A DNA stretch of 64,000 bases, taken from contig OZ024742.1 in assembly GCA_964016885.1 (NCBI GenBank), positions 147,188,001 to 147,252,000 on the forward strand, read 5' to 3'. Numbering within the stretch: the stretch's first letter is position 1; each line of letters starts with the position of its first letter. The notes under the pieces were generated by a model. That model searched no databases. It saw nothing but the letters and a program-made list of their open reading frames with translations, and was not told where the DNA came from. The DNA is from Eledone cirrhosa. Lineage: Eukaryota. Position numbers and translations under genes: made by a program. Of this stretch, positions 1-23,047 are shown piece by piece.

Positions 1-66
1 ATATATATACATATATATATATATACATATACATATATATATATATACATATACATATATATATAC

Positions 67-97
<31 letters not shown>

Positions 98-138
98 CAT
101 ATACATATACATATATATACATACATACATATATATAT

Positions 139-636
139 GGTGGCTGCCAACTCGTTTTCGAGTACGGCCACTACTTTATATCCATGTAGGAGAACCCCTA
201 CCGATGCGCTGAACGAGTGTGACTTTTTAGTCCAACCAGCGACTTGAAAACTCTGGTACAAACACTACACTTGTGACAATTACTGACACATAGTGCTGGG
301 CCCATGGTACCATGTGACGACAAGTGCAGAGAGATCTCCAGATATAAAGCAATGCCTGTGCCGTGAAGCTTTTATAGTGAGCAAAGGCACTGCACAAAGC
401 CAGTCCCACTCTCTTAACCAAGATGATATTTACCAAAAAGAAGAACAAGTCAGCATCATTGGATACCATCAGGGTTGCAGGTGTTATATCAGAGTTTTCC
501 TTCTCCTAGAATTCTGCCTTGACAAAGGCTAAGGGGTCATCTCTCCCGGTGATTTTGGATGGCCATTGACTCTTAAGAGCTCCTTTGCCCTTTGACAGGT
601 TTTGTTTTTAGTCCTGCAGGATGTCCAAAGTCACCC
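139..636 (-). mobile_element. Non-autonomous RTE-derived (bipartite, SINE-like) element, copy 1, 5'-truncated
   Basis: About 7 substitutions in ~500 bp versus 5906..6403, and a diverged homolog at 62553..63070. The minus strand carries TCTAGGAGAAGGAAAACTCT (motif I recall from RTE 5'UTRs) and ends in a CTCG-AAAA-CGAG stem-loop. No RT coding sequence; (TA/CA)n on both sides. Confidence 0.6.
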
Positions 637-5905
<5,269 letters not shown>

Positions 5906-6456
5906 GGTGGCTGCCAACTCGTTTTCGAGTACGGCCACTACTTTATATCCATGTAGGAGAACCCCTACCGATGCGCTGAACGAGTGTGACTTTTTAGTCC
6001 ATCCAGCGACTTGAAAACTATGGTACAAACACTATACTTGTGACAATTATTGGCACATAGTGCTGGGCCCATGGTACCATGTGACGACAAGTGCAGAGAG
6101 ATCTCCAGATACAAAGCAATGCCTGTGCCGTGAAGCTTTTATAGTGAGCAAAGGCACTGCACAAAGCCAGTCCCACTCTCTTAACCAAGATGATATTTAC
6201 CAAAAAGAAGAACAAGTCAACATCATTGGATACCATCAGGGTTGCAGGTGTTATATCAGAGTTTTCCTTCTCCTAGAATTCTGCCTTGACAAAGGCTAAG
6301 GGGTCATCTCTCCCGGTGATTTTGGATGGCCATTGACTCTTAAGAGCTCCTTTGCCCTTTGACAGGTTTTGTTTTTAGTCCTGCAGGATGTCCAAAGTCA
6401 CCCTCCTCACCAAGAAACCTTGGTGGGGTTGCCAGTTTAGTCGCCAACGACCCGAC
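5906..6456 (-). mobile_element. Non-autonomous RTE-derived element, copy 2
   Basis: Same sequence as 139..636 at an offset of 5767 bp, extending ~53 bp further (CCTCACCAAGAAACCTTGGTGGGGTTGCCAGTTTAGTCGCC), as does the 62.9 kb copy. Confidence 0.6.
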
Positions 6457-12851
<6,395 letters not shown>

Positions 12852-13339
12852 CTAACTGTATATCCTTCGTAGTTTATTATTAATACATCTTGGTCTAAAA
12901 TACATTACTTGAACGATTCAGCTTGATAATTCAATAAGAGTTTTCTCCCCCTTTGTACTTCTTCCTCACTTGTAATTAATTAAATTATTGTATTTATACA
13001 TATTTAAAATATAATTTATAACGAGAAAATGTAAAATAATCTCATTACTTTTTTTTTAAAATCATAAACCGGATGATATTATTGTTTTCAGAATTGCTGT
13101 AATACATCTGCAACCACACCAAAAAGTAATTTAATATGTATGTTATTTTAACTTCTTACATACAATCAGAAAAAAAAAATGTTCTGAACCTGAAACAAAT
13201 ATTTTGAAAAATATTTGCACTCATCTCAACGCAGATGTTAATACTAAAATACTATAAAAGTAAATTTTAGAGCCCTTGAAATAATTATCTGAGAAATATA
13301 TATATATTTCATTAATTTGGCTATATGTGCATGTGTGTG

Positions 13340-13387
<48 letters not shown>

Positions 13388-14035
13388 CATATAGTCAAAT
13401 TAATGAAATTCTATTTTTTAATAGATTTATTCGTGGTTAGAGTTGAAAAGTTTCACTGTTAAATAAAAACTTCGACATGGTAAGCAGAATAATCAATGTA
13501 TTGGGTATGGAATGTACCAGATATATCGATGATTTCCAATCATACTGAACAATATCAACCCGTATATTTGAAAAATATATCACAAATTTGCTAATACTGT
13601 TATTTCTTTAATTTCCCAGCTCATTGCTATTACAATTACTTTTATAATTATAATTTAATTATTATAGAAGTCAGACATTTTATGAAATTTGATTTAACTA
13701 AAATCTGATTACTAACTACGTTTGTAAAAACTATCTTTTTTAAATATTCTCAAAGAAACGAGACTACATCTAAATGTCATGTAACAAATTGATTTACATG
13801 TTGATATCTTGTTAGTATAAATGTATATTATTGGTAAGAAAGGCTGATTTCTATTTAAGAAAGGTGAATGTCAAATATTATTGCTGCTAGAAAAACACCA
13901 ACACACCCAGTTGAATAGAAAACAATATTAAAATAAACGTGATGACTGCACCGTCCAGCTATAGTTGACTTGAACAAATAAAACAATTTCAAGATGATTT
14001 TTTATGTTTATAGACGTAGAACATGTCCAACCTAC

Positions 14036-15573
14036 CTGTCTTCCTTTCCTTCTTTCGCCGGGGTTCCCATTTCACTGACTGCTGTTGTGAGTGGGGTTAG
14101 AGACAGTGAAGCCATGTGAAAGTTGGCATCAAAAAGTTTGTCACACTCAAAGGTGTCATTCAGTTGAATGTTTTCTGGACGTATGTTAACATGATCTCCT
14201 TTATTAACATCATGACCGAGCACCGAAACGGGTTTCTCTGGCTTACTGTCCTGGGGTTGATGGCTTAAAACAGGAGTGACCGCCCCAGGAGGCATATGAC
14301 TGTTCACAGAAACAGGCCCTTGTTGGTGACCTGCAGATGTCTGTGATACAACAGGAACTGAATGGTGTTGAGCACTTTGCACATTCATCGGTTTGCTACT
14401 GACGGTGGGTATGCTAGCAGACCCATGAACATCAGCGTTGGAAACATTGGAAACATGAATGATAGGAGCCCCACCTTGGGCAGAGTTGGCCCTCGTGACA
14501 GGCGACGGAAGGACTTTCGGTATTGAGGGAGCCGTCAAATTACTAGACTCTCTAATAGTAGAACCAGATTGCGACCCAGGGATAGCTTGAGCATTTGAGG
14601 TCACAACGGTTTGATTAACTAAGTTTATAGATGAATTCACAGGTGCTTTACTAGTGTTTGGAGAATTTTGATGTCCTTGACTGACATGCGATTGAGACTG
14701 TATTGTATTGGAAGTGGTTAAACTGATTGAATTCGTGTGCATAGCACCTGGGATCTTAGCTCCGGATACACTAGCATCAGTCTGACCCGAGGTTTGTAGA
14801 AAAGCAACTTGGGTTTGAGACTGGCTAGATTGGGAAGGTGTCTGAATAGGTTTAAATGTCTCATTATTAGACTGTACGTGAATTCCGGACTGATGGACCG
14901 GCACCGATACATTAGCAACAGAACCATCGACAGAAGTTACAACTGGGGGCAAAAAAGGATTTTTCGATGGATCATCGACACCAAAAATATAATTAACAGA
15001 GCTACAAGCACTCGAATTACCTGATGTAGCATCATCCATGAATTTAATTTCATTCCTTTCAGCATTGGCCGGAGTATCCAAAAAGTCATAACATAACCAC
15101 CGTCCTCTGCGAAATGGTTCCTTCGTTTCTATTTTAACCACCTTGAATCTCGAGTGTATGTCAGTTTTCTCCTTCACAACTATTTCGTCAGGTGTCAGAT
15201 TGTGTGTAGTATCCTCAGATGGTGTATCTTGGTCCCCATCAGTATTCTTGGAACTGTCGAAGATTTCTGAACTAATATCTTCCGTATGGCTTTCATCCAG
15301 ATCATCCAGGCTATCTCCATCGTCATTCAAAGGATCATTCCCACTACGTGGTGCATTTTTGGTGACGCCTAAGATTCTAAATGTAGTCCGTTTTTTGGGA
15401 ATATCTCCACAAGTTTTAACCATGACCGCTGCTGGTCTTGGTTCAAAATCGTTGCTAGTTATCTCAGCCTTCATCGGCTGGTTGCCAGCAGACTGGCTGC
15501 TATCCACTTTCACGGCCATCTTGTGTGCACTGGGCAACTCTGCCATTTTGAAACAACTTGTCTGTCTAAGCAT
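14036..15573 (-). CDS. TSC22D: First large coding exon of a TSC22 domain family long isoform (TSC22D1/2/4-like; Drosophila BunA-like)
   Basis: 513-aa ORF with KKRTTFRILGV (cf. KKKSGFQITSV), DDLDESHTEDISSEI (cf. TSC22D1 DDLDESHTEDLSSSEI) and SRFKVVKIETKEPFRRGRWLCYDF (motif 2), then S/Q/P/V-rich low complexity. Ends at GAC AG|GTAGGT (phase-2 donor at 14036/14035). Best start context is CAAAATGG at 15546; the ATG at 15573 is also in frame. Confidence 0.9.
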
Positions 15574-15761
15574 AAAACTTAGGCCTGTTTAGATAGAAAA
15601 ACATCTCTATGAGGGGCATCATAGTGTCGGATAGTTTCCTCGGAACAAAATGATTAATCTGGAATAATTGTAGAATATGTAGAGATGAAATGGCAACTTT
15701 TAGATGTAAAACAAGCAACAGCCTAAGTTGATCATGTTGGTATCAAGCATGATGGGAACAG

Positions 15762-15769
15762 TGACGTCT
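15762..15769. promoter_or_regulatory. Near-consensus CRE site (TGACGTCT) ~200 bp upstream of the TSC22D ATG
   Basis: 7/8 match to TGACGTCA at the edge of the moderately GC-rich 5' region; motif match only. Confidence 0.2.
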
Positions 15770-16889
15770 TAGCCGCACATTCTACCTTTCTTATGGAACA
15801 CCATACCAGTCAAAATATATTCTTAATTTAAATAGTATTTATTATACAGCTTAAATTATTTTTTTTATTTTATTTTAAATAAAAATATTTGTCGCGATCA
15901 GAAAAAAACGATTATTTGATATATTCAATATATAGGATATAGAAGATTTTATCTGCGTACATTGAGAATAGAACTATATTTTACTTGAATTCTTTTTTCC
16001 TCGGTATATTTTTTTACGCATAAGCATTTTTCATTAATGTTTTATTTATCTATCGATAGTTTTAGGAAACTATGTATGTAATTTAAATAAAATATTTTTT
16101 TAAATTATAATTTATAAATAAATGTAGTTCATTCGAAAAATTCCTTCAAAAGTTGGTATTTTTTTTTATTTTGTACTTTTACTTAAAATAACTTCATATA
16201 TTATTCACTTATAAATCTTTTATATTTTCAACAAAATATAATGTATATTTGTAAGGGTTAAATTTATTTTACTTTTTCTTAATTATTCCCCCTCTCTCTC
16301 TCCCTCCCCTTCTCTTCCCCCTCACTTACTGTCTTATTCACTCTCTTTCTCATTCACTTACTCACTATCTCCTTTTTCTAACTCTCTCACTCTTTATCTC
16401 TTACACTCTTTATCTTTTGCTCCATCACTCACTCACTTAATCTCTTTCGTCTTTCCCTCTCTCTGTCACTCTCTCTTGTTATTTTCCATAGCCAACGCAA
16501 ATAGATTCCTATATTTATGTCATTTATTGTCTACCATAATAAGAGAAGAATTTACGTTTATGAATAGGAAGCTACCAATATTTGCTCTTCCATCATGAAC
16601 AACAAATACGTTTGCCAGTAACTATATACTTCTTTTTTTTTTTCACTTCCGAAATATTTCAATCGAAGATATTTTATCTTTTATTTAATTCTCTTATTGA
16701 TATTTAAATTCGTTACAAAAATTACGCAGACTTCAATTTATTAATCAATCGGAGATGTCCCGACTGGTAAACATTTTGACACAATAACTAGGCCGTATAT
16801 TAGAGAGAGAGAGAAATGGATAGAAAAGCATAGACGGAGTAGTTTCTTCCCCTCTCTTTGTCTCTGTCTCTATTTCTCATTTTGCCTCC

Positions 16890-17235
16890 ACTTCGCTCTA
16901 AATACTTGATATTTAGAGAGAGGGTTGTTCTTTCTGCTTTACCCCTGTGTCTCTGTCACCAGTTCTTCCTCTTCCTCCACTTTGCTCTAAATATTTGATA
17001 TTTGTTGTTATTATTAGAGAGAGAGAGTAATACTTCCTTCCTTTTCTATCTCTTTCTCTCCATTTCCTCCCCTTCCTCTGTCTTGCTCTAAATATTTGAT
17101 ATTTGTTATTATTATTAGTAGTTCTCCCTTACTGAGGTCCCCTTTTCTGACTCTTTCTCTCTCTCTCTCACCATTTCCTCTCTTTCCTTCACCCCTGCCT
17201 TGCTCTAAATACTTGATATTTGTTGTTATTATTCT
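16890..17235. repeat. Degenerate tandem repeat, 4 units of ~90-117 bp with core TTGCTCTAAATAYTTGATATTTG
   Basis: Core recurs near 16892, 16982, 17083 and 17200, separated by CT-rich sequence. Confidence 0.7.
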
Positions 17236-17438
17236 CCTCATTACTCAGAATTCCACTCGTGTGTATAAAATATTTTCATAAACTATCCTAGATTTATTCA
17301 GCCTTACTCCCCCACCAACTTTCAACTTCTTCAACTTATACATACGTGTGTTTGTTTTTTAAATAATGTAATTTACTTTCTAATTTTTAAAAAATCCCCT
17401 TATTTAATAAATTTCTTGTCATTAATAATACTAGTAAC

Positions 17439-17990
17439 TTCTAATTTGGACACAAGGCCCGCAATTTGGAGGGAGAGGAAAGTTGATTAAATCGGCCCCA
17501 GTAGTTCAGTCCGGAAGAATGAATGGCAAAGTTGAACTCAGTAAAGTGTAAAAGCAAAAGCATTTATCCGACACTCTAACGATTCTACCCACCTACTAAC
17601 ATAGACTCAATTGTGTTGGGGGAGAAAGTCGATTATATTGACTCCAATACCTGACTGGTACTTTATCATCGACCCCGGAAGGATTAAAGGCAAAGTTGAC
17701 CTCAGCGGGATTTGAACTCAGAACGTAAAGAGGCGTAACTTAATGTCGCAAAGAATTCTTGTTCGACGCTCTAACGACTCTGCCAATCTACTACTGTTAA
17801 TAATTGTTTTTACTTTTGGCACATGACCAGCAATTTGGGAAAGTCGATTAGATTCAGTATGTTACTGGTACTTTATTTTATCAACTGCTTAAGGATGAAG
17901 AGCAAAGCTAAACTCGGTTGAAATTGAACTCAGAACGTAAGGGAATACTACAAAGTATTCTGTCCGACGCTCTAACGACTCTGCCAATCT
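17439..17990 (-). mobile_element. Three tandem diverged copies of an octopus-type tRNA-derived SINE
   Basis: Each has the reverse complement of GGCAGARTCGTTAG...GTTCTGAGTTCAA...CTTTGCCTTTYATCC; copies at ~17439-17593, 17616-17790, 17808-17990. Confidence 0.75.
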
Positions 17991-18206
17991 ACTACTAATA
18001 TTAATTATTATTATTGCTTTTGTTTTGTTATTTTTAGTATATTCAGTTTCGTTACGTTTTTTTATCTCTATTTTAAAAGTTTATTTATTTCGTGTGAAAG
18101 TGTAACACGAATAAGAGTAAAACACCTAACGTTTCCTAAATCAGAGATATCCTTCCGTGGGCAGGTACTCTTGGTACCTTTGTAATTCCAATACTAGATT
18201 TATTTA

Positions 18207-18421
18207 GAGGGTGGTTGATAGGCAGAATCGTTATAGCGACGGATAAAAAACTTTGCGATATTTGTTCTCGTCCTCAGCGTTCTGAATTCAAATCCTGCTG
18301 ATGTCAACTTTGTCTTTCATCCTACCGAGGTCGGTAAAATAAAGTACCAGTCAAACACAATCGATTTAATCAATTTTTCCTTCCGCAATAAAATTGCTGA
18401 CCTTGTGCCTAGATTAGAAAC
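18207..18421 (+). mobile_element. tRNA-derived SINE, same family, + strand
   Basis: GGCAGAATCGTTA..., B-box-like GTTCTGAATTCAAATCC, CTTTCATCCTACCGAGGTCGGTAAAATAAAGTACCAG, ending GACCTTGTGCCTAGATTAGAAA. Confidence 0.8.
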
Positions 18422-18849
18422 CTTTCTTGTTATTGGTATTAAAAGCAATGCTTCGAATGTTAGTTAGTGATATTACACAATATAAACAAAAATGTTGTAA
18501 TAGTGATAATCATGTACATTGTGCCTTATACGCTAATAAATGACATCTCTGTGGACAGCCTCCGGGTGGGTACCCCATACTGGTGTCGGCGCAACCATTA
18601 AGGTGAGGCGCATTGCTGAACCTTAAAGGATCACACTTTTATATAAATTTGTATACATAATAATATCTTGCGATCAATATAGAAATCACTAAACATCTTT
18701 GCTGCATAGCAGCATTGTGGAAATATCCAAAACGGGCGAGAGGATCGTATGGTGTTGTGCCCTGTCACATGATTTGGCATGGTTATGTGTGGACTGTACA
18801 ATGGAACATGCAGATTTAGTAATTTTCTTTGTGGTCAAAGCAAAAAATG

Positions 18850-18992
18850 TCCAAAAACAGGGAGAAATGAGGTAAAATGGGGAGATTTTACATAATGAAA
18901 GCTAAACCCATTTTCACAAGAGAAGACATCTCTCACCCACCCTAAAGTAGGTGGGAGATCTCCCCGTCCGACGGGGAAAGTTGGCAGGTCTG
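18850..18992. mobile_element. Probable right end of a decayed MITE/DNA transposon
   Basis: Repeated GGGAGA motifs, hairpins (CCCACC/GGTGGG; TCCCCGT/ACGGGGA) and terminus GTTGGCAGGTCTG; no clear left TIR. Confidence 0.3.
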
Positions 18993-19502
18993 AAACTAAG
19001 TTAAAATCATTTTATTTCAAAGAATGGGTGGGGGCACAACTGGTTGAAGAGGGCACACACCGTAGAGCTAGGCGATGGTGTTAAATACCCAGCAGCAGCT
19101 CTGCCTTTAACTTTTATGTCAAGTATTAAAATAAAATAGATTCAAAACCCTGCAACAATTAATTAATATGACAGGAGAATATCAATCAATAAATGATGTA
19201 ATTAAACCTGTTTCTCTTTTCTTTTATCATTGGCCTTACAATAACAAGTTCCTACCTTAGTGTCGAATAAATATTTTAAAAACTATCTCTGGCCTGTTGA
19301 AATATTCTTTTATTCTCTTTTACTAGTTACAATCATTTGAAAGTGGCCATGCTGGGGCATCATCTCATAGTGATTTTGTTAATCCAATGTTTATTTTTTT
19401 CAAGTTTGGTATTTCACCGTTTAACATATGCATTACCCTATATTTACTACTGTATTTTCGCGATAAAGAGTTTACCTCATATTATTCTCTCACTTAATAT
19501 CG

Positions 19503-19504
19503 AA

Positions 19505-19543
<39 letters not shown>

Positions 19544-19716
19544 ATGTATATATATATATGTATGTATATGTATATATATATATGTATGTATATGTATATA
19601 TATATATGTATGTATATGTATATATATATATGTATATATATGTATATATATATATGTATATATATGTATATATATATATGTATATATATGTATATATATA
19701 TATATGTATATATATG

Positions 19717-19763
<47 letters not shown>

Positions 19764-20308
19764 GTATATATATATATATGTATATATATATGTATATATA
19801 TATATATGTATATATATATGTATATATATATATATATGTATGTATATATATATGTATATATATATATGTATATATATATATGTATATATGTATATATATA
19901 TATGTATATATATATGTATATATATATGTATATATATATGTATATATATATGTATATATATATATATGTATATATGTATATATATATATATGTATATGTA
20001 TATATATATATATGTATATGTATATATATATATGTATATGTATATATATATATGTATATGTATATATATATATGTATATATGTATATATATATATGTATA
20101 TGTATATATATATATGTATATATGTATATATATATATGTATATATATATATGTATATATATATATGTATATATATATATGTATATATATATATGTATATA
20201 TATATATGTATATATATATATATGTATATATATATATGTATATATATATATGTATATATATATATGTATATATATATATGTATATATATATATGTATATA
20301 TATATATG

Positions 20309-20339
<31 letters not shown>

Positions 20340-21208
20340 GTATATATATATATGTATATATATATATGTATATATATGTATATATATATATATGTATATA
20401 TATATATGTATATATATATATGTATATATATATATATGTATATAGATATATGTATATATATGTATGTATATATATATATGTATATATATATATGTATATA
20501 TATATATATGTATATAGATATATGTATATATATATATGTATATAGATATATGTATATATATATATATGTATATAGATATATGTATATATATATATGTATA
20601 TAGATATATGTATATATATATATGTATATATATATATGTATATATATATATGTATATATATATATGTATATATGTATATATGTATATAGATATATGTATA
20701 TAGATATATGTATATAGATATATGTATATATAGATATATGTATATAGATATATGTATATAGATATATGTATATATAGATATATGTATATATAGATATATG
20801 TATATATAGATATATGTATATAGATATATGTATATAGATATATGTATATAGATATATGTATATATAGATATATGTATATATAGATATATGTATATATAGA
20901 TATATGTATATATATAGATATATGTATATATATAGATATATGTATATATATAGATATATGTATATATATATATATATGTATATATAGATATATGTATATA
21001 TAGATATATGTATATATAGATATATGTATATATAGATATATGTATATATAGATATATGTGTATATATAGATATATATGTATATATAGATATATGTGTATA
21101 TATAGATATATGTGTATATATAGATATATGTGTATATATAGATATATGTGTATATATATATATATGTATATAGATATATGTATATAGATATATGTATATA
21201 TAGATATA
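19503..21208. repeat. (TA)n/G microsatellite acquiring a TATAGATATATG variant from ~20445
   Basis: Direct reading. Confidence 0.95.
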
Positions 21209-22801
21209 TAACTTTGAATAACTTTGAAATGTTTTGGCCAGTATTGGCCCAGGCCATGTCTAACTTAATAGCACCACCTGGCGAAGTCTTTCAATTCAGG
21301 ATTTGGGCACCATGGCCCATTCGAGAAGAGAATTACTGTTTGCGGAGACATATCCGGGTGTGGGTGGTTTGTCCGGGATTACTTGGAGGAATTTGTCCAA
21401 AGACTTCTTGAATTTTGTGTGGTCAGTTTCTGTTTTGACGTGTCCTGGTGTGATGTTGAAGAGAGCAGGGCCGATTGAGGTGAAATAATTGTGCCGTATT
21501 GTTGTTATGAGTTGCGATTTAGATTTTTGAATGGGACGGATAGCACGGGGCCCAAGCCTTGGGTGTATCTTGAAGGCGATGCCAACATCATTTGGGCAGT
21601 GATGATGGAACATTTTCCACATCATGCAGATAATATAACGCTCACGGCGACGTTGGAGTGAGTAAAGTTTCAGGTTTTCCAATCGACCCCAGTAGTCAAG
21701 GTCTGACATGCCATCTATCTTTTTCGTGATTGCCCTTTGAGGAGCTTCAAGTTTCATGATACTTTGTTTCGTGTGGGGAGACCACAGTGGACAACAGTAT
21801 TCAAGGTGTGGTCGGGCGAAAGTAGAGAAGAGAAGGATAATGGTGCGGGAATCTCTCGACTGGAAGGTTCTGAGGATCCAGGAACACATTCTGCGGGCCA
21901 TGTCAACTTTGCTGCTTATATGCGTGGTCCAGCTTATGTTGCTGTCCACGGTTACTCCCAAGTCTCTGATGTTGTTAGATGCCACGAGAGTTTCCCCGGA
22001 GGGAAGGGAGTACGGGAGTTTCAGAGCATCCTCTTTTCCAAAGTGGATCAGTTCGAATTTGTCTTCGTTCAGTAACATGTTGTTCTTTTCTGCCCATTGG
22101 GTAACAGCCAGTAGGTCTGACTGAAGGCTTATCCGATCATCCACGCCATTGATGACCTTTTGGAGCTTGGAATCATCAGCGAAAATTTTAATGTTGCTGT
22201 GTTTGATGATGTCAGTGATGTCATTAATATAGATGATGAAGAGAAGTGGGCCCAACACAGTGCCTTGTGGGACTCCACTACTGACTTTGGCTGGGCTTGA
22301 TTTGACTCCCTCAACTACAACATGTTGGGTTCTGTTTGACAGGAAGCTCTTGATCCACTGCAGCAGCTTTCCAGTGACACCAATATTGGACAGCTTTCTC
22401 AGTAGAATGTTATGATCAACCCTGTCAAAGGCCTTGCTGAAATCAAGGTAGATAACATCAGTGTTGGAACCCTCTCCCAAGGCTCTCAAAATGTCATCAA
22501 AGTGATGCAGTAGTTGCGTCAGGCAATCCCTTCCATTACGGAATCCATGCTGGTTGGAGTTCAGCATATTGTTACTCTCAAGGAAGTGGGTCATTCGCGA
22601 TCTCACCACTCGCTCAAATACCTTAATGATATGAGAGGTGAGTGAGATTGGACGGTAATTCACGGCAAGGGATTTGTTTCCCTTTTTGAAAACTGGGACA
22701 ACAGACTGGGATAGAAGGTTTTCTGGCACATATCCAGCATCCAGTGAGTTCCGCCACAGATTGGCAAGAGGAGAAGCAAGTTGGTGTTGACACGCCTTCA
22801 A
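21209..22801 (-). mobile_element. 5'-truncated CR1-clade LINE; RT reading frame 22801..21296 is uninterrupted
   Basis: RT motifs [47 protein letters not shown] and CR1-type RPHLEYC..LWSPH and [11 protein letters not shown]. 3'UTR hairpin GGCCA-GTAT-TGGCC (21236-21249) and a (TTCAAAGTTA)2 tail. Confidence 0.9.
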
Positions 22802-23047
22802 GATATAGATATATGTATATAGATATATGTATATATAGATATATATATATATATATGTATATAGATATATGTATATAGATATATGTATATATAGATATAT
22901 ATATATATATATGTATATAGATATATGTATATATATATATATATGTATATAGATATATGTATATATATATATATATATGTATATAGATATATATATATAT
23001 ATATATATATATAGATATATAGATATATATATATATATGTATATATC

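Noticed and set aside
15143-15592. 149-aa plus-strand ORF overlapping TSC22D
   Set aside because: Antisense shadow of the real exon, non-ATG start, no recognisable motifs.
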